A stretch of 64,000 bases of DNA, from the NCBI RefSeq assembly GCF_009914755.1, contig NC_060948.1, one strand, 5' to 3'. Source of the DNA: the human T2T-CHM13v2.0 reference genome, Homo sapiens. Made by a program: the position numbers and the translations under genes. This document shows positions 42,401-57,400 of this stretch, piece by piece (the stretch's first letter is position 1; each line of letters opens with the position of its first letter). The notes under the pieces were generated by a model. It saw only the letters and a program-made list of their open reading frames with translations, did no database searches and was not told the origin of the DNA.

Positions 42401-45400
42401 TCGAATGGAATGGAATTGAATGGAACGGAATAGAGTCGAATGGAATTGAATGGAATGGAATGGACTAGAGTGAAATGGAATCGAACCACAAGGAATGGAC
42501 AGGAATAGAATGGTCTCGAATTGAATGGAATCGTATGGAATGGCATCAAACGGAATGGAATGGACAGCCACGGAATGGAATGCACTCGAATGCAATGGAG
42601 TCGAAACTAATGGACTGGAATAGAATGGACTCGACTGGTACGGACTCCAATGGAATGGAATCGAATGGAAGGGAATCGAACGGAATGGACTCGAAGGGAA
42701 AAGACTGCAATGGAAAGGTCTCGAATGGAATGGAAATTAATGGAATGGAATGGAATCGAATGAAATGGAGTCAAAAGGAATGGAATCGAATGGCAACAAA
42801 TCGAATGTAATGGAATCGCAAGGAATTGATGTGAACGGAACGGAATAGAATGGAATCCAAAGGAATGGAATAGAATGGAATGGAATCGAATGGAAAGGAC
42901 TCGAATGGAAATCACTCGAATAGAATGCAATTTAATAAAATAGGATCAAATGTAATGGAATGGAATGGAAAGGAATCGAAACGAAAGGAATGGAGACAGA
43001 TGGAATGGAATGGAACAGAGAGCAATGGTATAGAATGGAATGGAATCATCTGGAATGGAATTGAATGGAATGGAATAATATGAAATGGAATGGAATGGAA
43101 TGGAATGGAATGGAATGCCCTTGAATTAAATGGACTGGAATGGAATGGACTCGAACAGAGTGGAATGGAAAGTGTTGAGATAGAATGGAATGGACTCCTT
43201 TGGAATGGTGTAGTATGCAATGCAATCGACTGGCAGGGAATCAAAAGGAATGTAATCGAATGGATTGGACTGGAATGCAATGGACTCGAATAGATTGGAA
43301 ACGGGATGCAAAGGAATGGAATGGAATAGTATGGAATGGAATGGAAAGGAATGGAGTGGAATAGACTAGAGTGGAATGGAATGGACTGGAAAGCAATGGA
43401 CTGGAATGGAACTTTCTTGAATGGACTGGAATCAAACGGAATGGAATGCAATGCAATCAAATGGCATGGAATAAAATAGAATGAAAGAGAATCAAATGGA
43501 ATTGAATCGAATGGAATCGAATGGATTGGAAAGGAATAGAATGGAATGGAATGGAATTGACTCAAATGGAATGGACTAGAATGGAATGGATTCGAATGGA
43601 AGGCAAAGGAATGGAATCTATTGGAATGGCCTGTAATGGAATGGAATGGAAGGGATTGGAATGGACTCGAATGGAATGGACTGCTATAGAAAGGATTCGA
43701 ATGGAATGAAAAAGAATTGAATGGAATAGAACAGAATGGAATCAAATCGAATGAAATGGAATGGAATAGAAAGGAATGGAATGAAATGGAATGGAAAAGA
43801 TTCGAATGGAATGCAATCGAATGGAATGGAATCGAACGGAATGGAATAAAATGGAAGAAAACTGGCAAGAAATGGAATCGAAATGAATGGAGTGTTATGG
43901 AACGGACTCAAAAGGAATTGAATGTAATAGAATGGAGTGGAGTGGACTCGAATATAATGGACTGGAATGGAATGAAATCACATGGAATGGGAACGAATGG
44001 AATGGAATGGAAAGGAATGGAATCGAATGGAAAGGAATCGAATGGAAGGGAATGAAATTGAATCAACAGGAATGGAAGGGAATAGAATAGACGGTAATGG
44101 AATGGACTCGAATAGAATGGACACGAATGCTCAAATTGAATGGACTCGAATGGAATGGAAACGAAAGGAATGTCATCGAATGGAATTGAATCGATTGGAA
44201 TGAAATCGCATAGAATGGAGTGGAATCAAATGGAATTGAATCGAAAGGAAAGGAAGCGAATGGACTGAAATGAAATGGAATGGAATTGAATGGAAAGTAA
44301 TGCAATGGAATAGAATGGAACTAAATTTCACGGAATGGAATCAAACTGAATGGAATCAAATCAATGGAATCAAATCAAATGGAATGGAAAGGAATTGAAT
44401 GGAGTAGATTGGATTGGATGGGATTGGAATGAAATGTACTGGAAAGGACTCGAATTTCATGAAACGGAATGGAATGAATTGGAACGGAATGGACTCGAAT
44501 GGAATGGAATGTCATGGAATGGCATCAAATGGAATGGCATCAAATGGAATGGAATCGAATGCAATGGAATGCTATGGAATGGAATGGAATGCATTGGAAT
44601 GGAATGTCCTCTAATGGAATGGATTCGAGTGGAATGGAATCGAATATAATGGAGTCGAATGAAATGGAATTGAAAGGAATGGGATCGAATACAATGGAAT
44701 ATACTGGAATGTAATGTAATGAACTCGAATGTAATTGACTGGAATGGAATGTACATGAATGGAATGTAATCGAATGGAAAGTAATCCAATGGAATAGAAT
44801 CTAATGCAATAAAATCGACTCAGATAGAGTAGAATGTAATGGAATGGAGTGCAGTGCAATGGAATGGAATGGAATGGAATGCAATTGAATGGAATGGAAT
44901 GGAATGGAATGGAATGGAATGGAATGGGATGGAATGGTATGGAATGGATAGTAATGGACTGGAGTGAAATGGACTGGAAAGGAATGGACTCAAATTGAAA
45001 GGGCTCGAAAGGAATGGAGTCAAATGGAATGGTCTGGAATGGAATGAACACGAATGTAATGCAATCCAATAGAATGGAATCGAATGGCATGGAATATAAA
45101 GAAATGGAATCGGAGAGAATGGAAACAAATGGAATGGAATTGAATGGAATGGAATTGAATGGAATGGGAACGAATGGAGTGAAATTGTATGCAGTAGAAG
45201 GGAATAGAATGGAATGCAAGCGAAAGGAAAGGAATGGATTGGAATGGAATGGAATTCATTGGAATGGAAGGGAATGTAGTGTAATGGACAGGCCTGGAAT
45301 AAAGTGGAATGCTACGGTCTCGAATGGAATAAAAATGTATGGAATGGAATGCAATGAAATGGAATCGAATGTCATAGAATGTAATGGAATGCAACAAAAT

Positions 45401-48400
45401 GGAATCCAAAATCATTGACTGGAAAGGCTGGGTGTCGAAAGGAATTGACTCCAATGGAATGGAATCGAATGGAATGGAAGTGAATAGAATCGAACTAAAT
45501 CGAATGGAATGGAATTGATAGGAACGGAATGGAAAGGAATGCAATGATTTGGCATGGAATGGAATCGAATGGCATCGAATGGAATGGAATGGAATGCAAT
45601 GGAATGGAATGTATTAGAATGTAATGAACTTTAATGGAATGTACTCGAATGGATTCGACTGGAATGGAATGTTCTGGAAGTGAATGGACTCCAATGGAAT
45701 GGATTCCAAAGGAATGGAATCGTACGGAATGGAATCTAATGGAATGGAATTAAATGGAAATGAATCAAATTGAATAGCACGGAATTGAATTGAATGGAAT
45801 GGAATGCAATGGAATCTAATGAAACGGAAAGGAAAGGAATGGAATGGAATGGAATGGGCTGGAATGGAAAGGAATCGAAACGAATGGAATGGAATCGAAC
45901 TGAAGAGACTGGAATGGAATGCACTGGAATGGAAGGGAGTGTAATGGAAGGTTCTCGAAAAAAATGGAATCGAATGGAATGGAATTGAATGGAACGGAAT
46001 AGAGTCGAATGGAATTGAATGGAATGGAATGGACTAGAGTGAAATGGAATCGAACCACAAGGAATGGACAGGAATAGAATGGTCTCGAATTGAATGGAAT
46101 CGTATGGAATGGCATCAAACGGAATGGAATGGACAGCCACGGAATGGAATGCACTCGAATGCAATGGAGTCGAAACTAATGGACTGGAATAGAATGGACT
46201 CGACTGGTACGGACTCCAATGGAATGGAATCGAATGGAAGGGAATCGAACGGAATGGACTCGAAGGGAAAAGACTGCAATGGAAAGGTCTCGAATGGAAT
46301 GGAAATTAATGGAATGGAATGGAATCGAATGAAATGGAGTCAAAAGGAATGGAATCGAATGGCAACAAATCGAATGTAATGGAATCGCAAGGAATTGATG
46401 TGAACGGAACGGAATGGAATGGAATCCAAAGGAATGGAATAGAATGGAATGGAATCGAATGGAAAGGACTCGAATGGAAATCACTCGAATAGAATGCAAT
46501 TTAATAAAATAGGATCAAATGTAATGGAATGGAATGGAAAGGAATCGAAACGAAAGGAATGGAGACAGATGGAATGGAATGGAACAGAGAGCAATGGTAT
46601 AGAATGGAATGGAATCATCTGGAATGGAATTGAATGGAATGGAATAATATGAAATGGAATGGAATGGAATGGAATGGAATGGAATGGAATGCCCTTGAAT
46701 TAAATGGACTGGAATGGAATGGACTCGAACAGAGTGGAATGGAAAGTGTTGAGATAGAATGGAGTGGACTCCTTTGGAATGGTGTAGTATGCAATGCAAT
46801 CGACTGGCAGGGAATCAAAAGGAATGTAATGGAATGGACTGGACTGGAATGCAATGGACTCGAATAGATTGGAAACGGAATGCAAAGAAATGGAATGGAA
46901 TAGTATGGAATGGAATGGAAAGGAATGGAGTGGAATAGACTAGAGTGGAATGGAATGGACTGGAAAGCAATGGACTGGAATGGAACTTTCTTGAATGGAC
47001 TGGAATCAAACGGAATGGAATGCAATGCAATCAAATGGCATGGAATAAAATAGAATGAAAGAGAATCAAATGGAATTGAATCGAATGGAATCGAATGGAT
47101 TGGAAAGGAATAGAATGGAATGGAATGGAATGGACTCAAATGGAATGGACTAGAATGGAATGGATTCGAATGGAAGGCAAAGGAATGGAATCTATTGGAA
47201 TGGACTGTAATGGAATGGAATGGAAGGGATTGGAATGGACTCGAATGGAATGGACTGCAATAGAAAGGATTCGAATGGAATGAAAAAGAATTGAATGGAA
47301 TAGAACAGAATGGAATCAAATCGAATGAAATGGAATGGAATAGAAAGGAATGGAATGAAATGGAATGGAAAGGATTCGAATGGAATGCAATCGAATGGAA
47401 TGGAATCGAACGGAATGGAATAAAATGGAAGAAAACTGGCAAGAAATGGAATCGAAATGAATGGAGTGTTATGGAACGGACTCAAAAGGAATTGAATGTA
47501 ATAGAATGGAGTGGAGTGGACTCGAATATAATGGACTGGAATGGAATGAAATCACATGGAATGGGAACGAATGGAATGGAATGGAAAGGAATGGAATCGA
47601 ATGGAAAGGAATCGAATGGAAGGGAATGAAATTGAATCAACAGGAATGGAAGGGAATAGAATAGACGGTAATGGAATGGACTCGAATAGAATGGACACGA
47701 ATGCTCAAATTGAATGGACTCCAATGGAATGGAAACGAAAGGAATGTCATCGAATGGAATTGAATCGATTGGAATGAAATCGCATAGAATGGAGTGGAAT
47801 CAAATGGAATTGAATCGAAAGGAAAGGAAGCGAATGGACTGAAATGAAATGGAATGGAATTGAATGGAAAGTAATGCAATGGAATAGAATGGAACGAAAT
47901 TTCACGGAATGGAATCAAACTGAATGGAATCAAATCAATGGAATCAAATCAAATGGAATGGAAAGGAATTGAATGGAGTAGATTGGATTGGATGGGATTG
48001 GAATGAAATGTACTGGAAAGGACTCGAATTTCATGAAACGGAATGGAATGAATTGGAACGGAATGGACTCGAATGGAATGGAATGTCATGGAATGGCATC
48101 AAATGGAATGGCATCAAATGGAATAGAATCGAATGCAATGGAATGCTATGGAATGGAATGGAATGCATTGGAATGGAATGTCCTCTAATGGAATGGATTC
48201 GAGTGGAATGGAATCGAATATAATGGAGTCGAATGAAATGGAATTGAAAGGAATGGGATCGAATACAATGGAATATACTGGAATGTAATGTAATGAACTC
48301 GAATGTAATTGACTGGAATGGAATGTACATGAATGGAATGTAATCGAATGGAAAGTAATCCAATGGAATAGAATCTAATGCAATAAAATCGACTCAGATA

Positions 48401-51400
48401 GAGTAGAATGTAATGGAATGGAGTGCAGTGCAATGGAATGGAATGGAATGGAATGCAATTGAATGGAATGGAATGGAATGGAATGGAATGGAATGGAATG
48501 GGATGGAATGGTATGGAATGGATAGTAATGGACTGGAGTGAAATGGACTGGAAAGGAATGGACTCAAATTGAAAGGGCTCGAAAGGAATGGAGTCAAATG
48601 GAATGGTCTGGAATGGAATGAACACGAATGTAATGCAATCCAATAGAATGGAATCGAATGGCATGGAATATAAAGAAATGGAATCGGAGAGAATGGAAAC
48701 AAATGGAATGGAATTGAATGGAATGGAATTGAATGGAATGGGAACGAATGGAGTGAAATTGTATGCAGTAGAAGGGAATAGAATGGAATGCAAGCGAAAG
48801 GAAAGGAATGGATTGGAATGGAATGGAATTCATTGGAATGGAAGGGAATGTAGTGTAATGGACAGGCCTGGAATAAAGTGGAATGCTACGGTCTCGAATG
48901 GAATAAAAATGTATGGAATGGAATGCAATGAAATGGAATCGAATGTCATAGAATGTAATGGAATGCAACAAAATGGAATCCAAAATCATTGACTGGAAAG
49001 GCTGGGTGTCGAAAGGAATTGACTCCAATGGAATGGAATCGAATGGAATGGAAGTGAATAGAATCGAACTAAATCGAATGGAATGGAATTGATAGGAACG
49101 GAATGGAAAGGAATGCAATGATTTGGCATGGAATGGAATCGAATGGCATCGAATGGAATGGAATGGAATGCAATGGAATGGAATGTATTAGAATGTAATG
49201 AACTTTAATGGAATGTACTCGAATGGATTCGACTGGAATGGAATGTTCTGGAAGTGAATGGACTCCAATGGAATGGATTCCAAAGGAATGGAATCGTACG
49301 GAATGGAATCTAATGGAATGGAATTAAATGGAAATGAATCAAATTGAATAGCACGGAATTGAATTGAATGGAATGGAATGCAATGGAATCTAATGAAACG
49401 GAAAGGAAAGGAATGGAATGGAATGGAATGGGCTGGAATGGAAAGGAATCGAAACGAATGGAATGGAATCGAACTGAAGAGACTGGAATGGAATGCACTG
49501 GAATGGAAGGGAGTGTAATGGAAGGTTCTCGAAAAAAATGGAATCGAATGGAATGGAATTGAATGGAACGGAATAGAGTCGAATGGAATTGAATGGAATG
49601 GAATGGACTAGAGTGATATGGAATCGAACCACAAGGAATGGAGAGGAATAGAATGGTCTCGAATTGAATGGAATCGTATGGAGTGGCATCAAACGGAATG
49701 GAATGGACAGCCACGGAATGGAATGCACTCGAATGCAATGGAGTCGAAACTAATGGACTGGAATAGAATGGACTCGACTGGTACGGACTCCAATGGAATG
49801 GAATCGAATGGAAGGGAATCGAACGGAATGGACTCGAAGGGAAAAGACTGCAATGGAAAGGTCTCGAATGGAATGGAAATTAATGGAATGGAATGGAATC
49901 GAATGAAATGGAGTCAAAAGGAATGGAATCGAATGGCAACAAATCGAATGTAATGGAATCGCAAGGAATTGATGTGAAAGGAACGGAATGGAATGGAATC
50001 CAAAGGAATGGAATAGAATGGAATGGAATCGAATGGAAAGGACTCGAATGGAAATCACTCGAATAGAATGCAATTTAATAAAATAGGATCAAATGTAATG
50101 GAATGGAATGGAAAGGAATCGAAACGAAAGGAATGGAGACAGATGGAATGGAATGGAACAGAGAGCAATGGTATAGAATGGAATGGAATCATCTGGAATG
50201 GAATTGAATGGAATGGAATAATATGAAATGGAATGGAATGGAATGGAATGGAATGCCCTTGAATTAAATGGACTGGAATGGAATGGACTCGAACAGAGTG
50301 GAATGGAAAGTGTTGAGATAGAATGGAATGGACTCCTTTGGAATGGTGTAGTATGCAATGCAATCGACTGGCAGGGAATCAAAAGGAATGTAATGGAATG
50401 GACTGGACTGGAATGCAATGGACTCGAATAGATTGGAAACGGAATGCAAAGAAATGGAATGGAATAGTATGGAATGGAATGGAAAGGAATGGAGTGGAAT
50501 AGACTAGAGTGGAATGGAATGGACTGGAAAGCAATGGACTGGAATGGAACTTTCTTGAATGGACTGGAATCAAACGGAATGGAATGCAATGCAATCAAAT
50601 GGCATGGAATAAAATAGAATGAAAGAGAATCAAATGGAATTGAATCGAATGGAATCGAATGGATTGGAAAGGAATAGAATGGAATGGAATGGAATGGACT
50701 CAAATGGAATGGACTAGAATGGAATGGATTCGAATGGAAGGCAAAGGAATGGAATCTATTGGAATGGACTGTAATGGAATGGAATGGAAGGGATTGGAAT
50801 GGACTCGAATGGAATGGACTGCAATAGAAAGGATTCGAATGGAATGAAAAAGAATTGAATGGAATAGAACAGAATGGAATCAAATCGAATGAAATGGAAT
50901 GGAATAGAAAGGAATGGAATGAAATGGAATGGAAAGGATTCGAATGGAATGCAATCGAATGGAATGGAATCGAACGGAATGGAATAAAATGGAAGAAAAC
51001 TGGCAAGAAATGGAATCGAAATGAATGGAGTGTTATGGAACGGACTCAAAAGGAATTGAATGTAATAGAATGGAGTGGAGTGGACTCGAATATAATGGAC
51101 TGGAATGGAATGAAATCACATGGAATGGGAACGAATGGAATGGAATGGAAAGGAATGGAATCGAATGGAAAGGAATCGAATGGAAGGGAATGAAATTGAA
51201 TCAACAGGAATGGAAGGGAATAGAATAGACGGTAATGGAATGGACTCGAATAGAATGGACACGAATGCTCAAATTAAATGGACTCGAATGGAATGGAAAC
51301 GAAAGGAATGTCATCGAATGGAATTGAATCGATTGGAATGAAATCGCATAGAATGGAGTGGAATCAAATGGAATTGAATCGAAAGGAAAGGAAGCGAATG

Positions 51401-54400
51401 GACTGAAATGAAATGGAATGGAATTGAATGGAAAGTAACGCAATGGAGTAGAATGGAACGAAATTTCACGCAATGGAATCAAACTGAATGGAATCAAATC
51501 AATGGAATCAAATCAAATGGAATGGAAAGGAATTGAATGGAGTAGATTGGATTGGATGGGATTGGAATGAAATGTACTGGAAAGGACTCGAATTTCATGA
51601 AACGGAATGGAATGAATTGGAACGGAATGGACTCGAATGGAATGGAATGTCATGGAATGGCATCAAATGGAATGGCATCAAATGGAATGGAATCGAATGC
51701 AATGGAATGCTATGGAATGGAATGGAATGCATTGGAATGGAATGTCCTCTAATGGAATGGATTCGAGTGGAATGGAATCGAATATAATGGAGTCGAATGA
51801 AATGGAATTGAAAGGAATGGGATCGAATAGAATGGAATATACTGGAATGTAATGTAATGAACTCGAATGTAATTGACTGGAATGGAATGTACATGAATGG
51901 AATGTAATCGAATGGAAAGTAATCCAATGGAATAGAATCTAATGCAATAAAACCGACTCAGATAGAGTAGAATGTAATGGAATGGAGTGCAGTGCAATGG
52001 AAGGGAATGGAATTGAATGCAATGGAATGGAATGGAATGGAATGGAATGGAATGGAATGGAATGGAATGGGATGGAATGGTATGGAATGGATAGTAATGG
52101 ACTGGAGTGAAATGGACTGGAAAGGAATGGACTCAAATTGAAAGGGCTCGAAAGGAATGGAGTCAAATGGAATGGTCTGGAATGGAATGAACACGAATGT
52201 AATGCAATCCAATAGAATGGAATCGAATGGCATGGATTATAAAGAAATGGAATCGAAGAGAATGGAAACAAATGGAATGGAATTGAATGGAATGGGAACG
52301 AATGGAGTGAAATTGTATGCAGTAGAAGGGAATAGAATGGAATGCAAGCGAAAGGAAAGGAATGGATTGGAATGGAATGGAATTCATTGGAATGGAAGGG
52401 AATGTAGTGTAATGGACAGGCCTGGAATAAAGTGGAATGCTACGGTCTCGAATGGAATAAAAATGTATGGAATGGAATGCAATGAAACGGAATCGAATGT
52501 CATAGAATGTAATGGAATGCAAAAAAATGGAATCCAAAATCATTGACTGGAAAGGCTGGGTGTCGAAAGGAATTGACTCCAATGGAATGGAATCGAATGG
52601 AATGGAAGTGAATAGAATCGAACTAAATCGAATGGAATGGAATTGATAGGAACGGAATGGAAAGGAATGCAATGATTTGGCATGGAATGGAATCGAATGG
52701 CATCGAATGGAATGGAATGGAATGCAATGGAATGGAATGTATTAGAATGTAATGAACTTTAATGGAATGTACTCGAATGGATTCGACTGGAATGGAATGT
52801 TCTGGAAGTGAATGGACTCCAATGGAATGGATTCAAAAGGAATGGAATCGTACGGAATGGAATCTAATGGAATGGAATTAAATGGAAATGAATCAAATTG
52901 AATAGCACGGAATTGAATTGAATGGAATGGAATGCAATGGAATCTAATGAAATGGAAAGGAAAGGAATGGAATGGAATGGAATGGACTGGAATGGAAAGG
53001 AATCGAAACGAATGGAATGGAATCGAACTGAAGAGACTGGAATGGAATGCACTGGAATGGAAGGGAGTGTAATGGAAGGTTCTCGAAAAAAATGGAATCG
53101 AATGGAATGGAATTGAATGGAACGGAATAGAGTCGAATGGAATTGAATGGAATGGAATGGACTAGAGTGAAATGGAATCGAACCACAAGGAATGGACATG
53201 AATAGAGTGGTCTCGAATTGAATGGAATCGTATGGAATGGCATCAAACGGAATGGAATGGACAGCCACGGAATGGAATGCACTCGAATGCAATGGAGTCG
53301 AAACTAATGGACTGGAATAGAATGGACTCGACTGGTACGGACTCCAATGGAATGGAATCGAATGGAAGGGAATCGAACGGAATGGACTCGAAGGGAAAAG
53401 ACTGCAATGGAAAGGTCTCGAATGGAATGGAAATTAATGGAATGGAATGGAATCGAATGAAATGTAGTCAAAAGGAATGGAATCGTATGACAAGAAATCG
53501 AATGTAATGGAATCACAAGGAATTGATGTGAACGGAACGGAATGGAATGGAATCCAAAGGAATGGAATAGAATGGAATGGAATCGAATGGAAAGGACTCG
53601 AATGGAAATCACTCGAATAGAATGCAATTTAATAAAATAGGATCAAATGTAATGGAATGGAATGAAAAGGAATCGAAACGAAAGGAATGGAGACAGATGG
53701 AATGGAATGGAACAGAGAGCAATGGTATAGAATGGAATGGAATCATCTGGAATGGAATTGAATGGAATGGAATAATATGAAATGGAATGGAATGGAATGG
53801 AATGGAATGCCCTTGAATTAAATGGACTGGAATGGAATGGACTCGAACAGAGTGGAATGGAAAGTGTTGAGATAGAATGGAATGGACTCCTTTGGAATGG
53901 TGTAGTATGCAATGCAATCGACTGGCAGGGAATCAAAAGGAATGTAATCGAATGGATTGGACTGGAATGCAATGGACTCGAATAGATTGGAAACGGGATG
54001 CAAAGGAATGGAATGGAATAGTATGGAATGGAATGGAAAGGAATGGAGTGGAATAGACTAGAGTGGAATGGAATGGACTGGAAAGCAATGGACTGGAATG
54101 GAACTTTCTTGAATGGACTGGAATCAAACGGAATGGAATGCAATGCAATCAAATGGCATGGAATAAAATAGAATGAAAGAGAATCAAATGGAATTGAATC
54201 GAATGGAATCGAATGGATTGGAAAGGAATAGAATGGAATGGAATGGAATTGACTCAAATGGAATGGACTAGAATGGAATGGATTCGAATGGAAGGCAAAG
54301 GAATGGAATCTATTGGAATGGCCTGTAATGGAATGGAATGGAAGGGATTGGAATGGACTCGAATGGAATGGACTGCTATAGAAAGGATTCGAATGGAATG

Positions 54401-57400
54401 AAAAAGAATTGAATGGAATAGAACAGAATGGAATCAAATCGAATGAAATGGAATGGAATAGAAAGGAATGGAATGAAATGGAATGGAAAGGATTCGAATG
54501 GAATGCAATCGAATGGAATGGAATCGAACGGAATGGAATAAAATGGAAGAAAACTGGCAAGAAATGGAATCGAAATGAATGGAGTGTTATGGAACGGACT
54601 CAAAAGGAATTGAATGTAATAGAATGGAGTGGAGTGGACTCGAATATAATGGACTGGAATGGAATGAAATCACATGGAATGGGAACGAATGGAATGGAAT
54701 GGAAAGGAATGGAATCGAATGGAAAGGAATCGAATGGAAGGGAACGAAATTGAATCAACAGGAATGGAAGGGAATAGAATAGACGGTAATGGAATGGACT
54801 CGAATAGAATGGACACGAATGCTCAAATTGAATGGACTCGAATGGAATGGAAACGAAAGGAATGTCATCGAATGGAATTGAATCGATTGGAATGAAATCG
54901 CACAGAATGGAGTGGAATCAAATGGAATTGAATCGAAAGGAAAGGAAGCGAATGGACTGAAATGAAATGGAATGGAATTGAATGGAAAGTAATGCAATGG
55001 AATAGAATGGAACTAAATTTCACGGAATGGAATCAAACTGAATGGAATCAAATCAATGGAATCAAATCAAATGGAATGGAAAGGAATTGAATGGAGTAGA
55101 TTGGATTGGATGGGATTGGAATGAAATGTACTGGAAAGGACTCGAATTTCATGAAACGGAATGGAATGAATTGGAACGGAATGGACTCGAATGGAATGGA
55201 ATGTCATGGAATGGCATCAAATGGAATGGCATCAAATGGAATGGAATCGAATGCAATGGAATGCTATGGAATGGAATGGAATGCATTGGAATGGAATGTC
55301 CTCTAATGGAATGGATTCGAGTGGAATGGAATCGAATATAATGGAGTCGAATGAAATGGAATTGAAAGGAATGGGATCGAATACAATGGAATATACTGGA
55401 ATGTAATGTAATGAACTCGAATGTAATTGACTGGAATGGAATGTACATGAATGGAATGTAATCGAATGGAAAGTAATCCAATGGAATAGAATCTAATGCA
55501 ATAAAATCGACTCAGATAGAGTAGAATGTAATGGAATGGAGTGCAGTGCAATGGAATGGAATGGAATGGAATGCAATGGAATGGAATGGAATGGAATGGA
55601 ATGGAATGGAATGGGATGGAATGGTATGGAATGGATAGTAATGGACTGGAGTGAAATGGACTGGAAAGGAATGGAATCAAATTGAAAGGGCTCGAAAGGA
55701 ATGGAGTCAAATGGAATGGTCTGGAATGGAATGAACACGAATGTAATGCAATCCAATAGAATGGAATCGAATGGCATGGAATATAAAGAAATGGAATCGG
55801 AGAGAATGGAAACAAATGGAATGGAATTGAATGGAATGGAATTGAATGGAATGGGAACGAATGGAGTGAAATTGTATGCAGTAGAAGGGAATAGAATGGA
55901 ATGCAAGCGAAAGGAAAGGAATGGATTGGAATGGAATGGAATTCATTGGAATGGAAGGGAATGTAGTGTAATGGACAGGCCTGGAATAAAGTGGAATGCT
56001 ACGGTCTCGAATGGAATAAAAATGTATGGAATGGAATGCAATGAAACGGAATCGAATGTCATAGAATGTAATGGAATGCAAAAAAATGGAATCCAAAATC
56101 ATTGACTGGAAAGGCTGGGTGTCGAAAGGAATTGACTCCAATGGAATGGAATCGAATGGAATGGAAGTGAATAGAATCGAACTAAATCGAATGGAATGGA
56201 ATTGATAGGAACGGAATGGAAAGGAATGCAATGATTTGGCATGGAATGGAATCGAATGGCATCGAATGGAATGGAATGGAATGCAATGGAATGGAATGTA
56301 TTAGAATGTAATGAACTTTAATGGAATGTACTCGAATGGATTCGACTGGAATGGAATGTTCTGGAAGTGAATGGACTCCAATGGAATGGATTCAAAAGGA
56401 ATGGAATCGTACGGAATGGAATCTAATGGAATGGAATTAAATGGAAATGAATCAAATTGAATAGCACGGAATTGAATTGAATGGAATGGAATGCAATGGA
56501 ATCTAATGAAACGGAAAGGAAAGGAATGGAATGGAATGGAATGGACTGGAATGGAAAGGAATCGAAACGAATGGAATGGAATCGAACTGAAGAGACTGGA
56601 ATGGAATGCACTGGAATGGAAGGGAGTGTAATGGAAGGTTCTCGAAAAAAATGGAATCGAATGGAATGGAATTGAATGGAACGGAATAGAGTCGAATGGA
56701 ATTGAATGGAATGGAATGGACTAGAGTGAAATGGAATCGAACCACAAGGAATGGAGAGGAATAGAATGGTCTCGAATTGAATGGAATCGTATGGAATGGC
56801 ATCAAACGGAATGGAATGGACAGCCACGGAATGGAATGCACTCGAATGCAATGGAGTCGAAACTAATGGACTGGAATAGAATGGACTCGACTGGTACGGA
56901 CTCCAATGGAATGGAATCGAATGGAAGGGAATCGAACGGAATGGACTCGAAGGGAAAAGACTGCAATGGAAAGGTCTCGAATGGAATGGAAATTAATGGA
57001 ATGGAATGGAATCGAATGAAATGGAGTCAAAAGGAATGGAATCGAATGGCAAGAAATCGAATGTAATGGAATCACAAGGAATTGATGTGAACGGAACGGA
57101 ATGGAATGGAATCCAAAGGAATGGAATAGAATGGAATGGAATCGAATGGAAAGGACTCGAATGGAAATCACTCGAATAGAATGCAATTTAATAAAATTGG
57201 ATCAAATTTAATGGAATGGAATGAAAAGGAATCGAAACGAAAGGAATGGAGACAGACGGAATGGAATGGAACAGAGAGCAATGGTATAGAATGGAATGGA
57301 ATCATCTGGAATGGAATTGAATGGAATGGAATAATATGAAATGGAATGGAATGGAATGGAATGGAATGCCCTTGAATTAAATGGACTGGAATGGAATGGA

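Noticed and set aside
42912-43868. Longest ORF (318 aa, minus strand) and the recurrent ~305-aa ORF
   Set aside because: ATTCC repeats are poor in stop codons. The extension here results from a 5-bp slippage insertion that fuses frames, and the ORF is disrupted in c1, c5, c8-c10 and c17.
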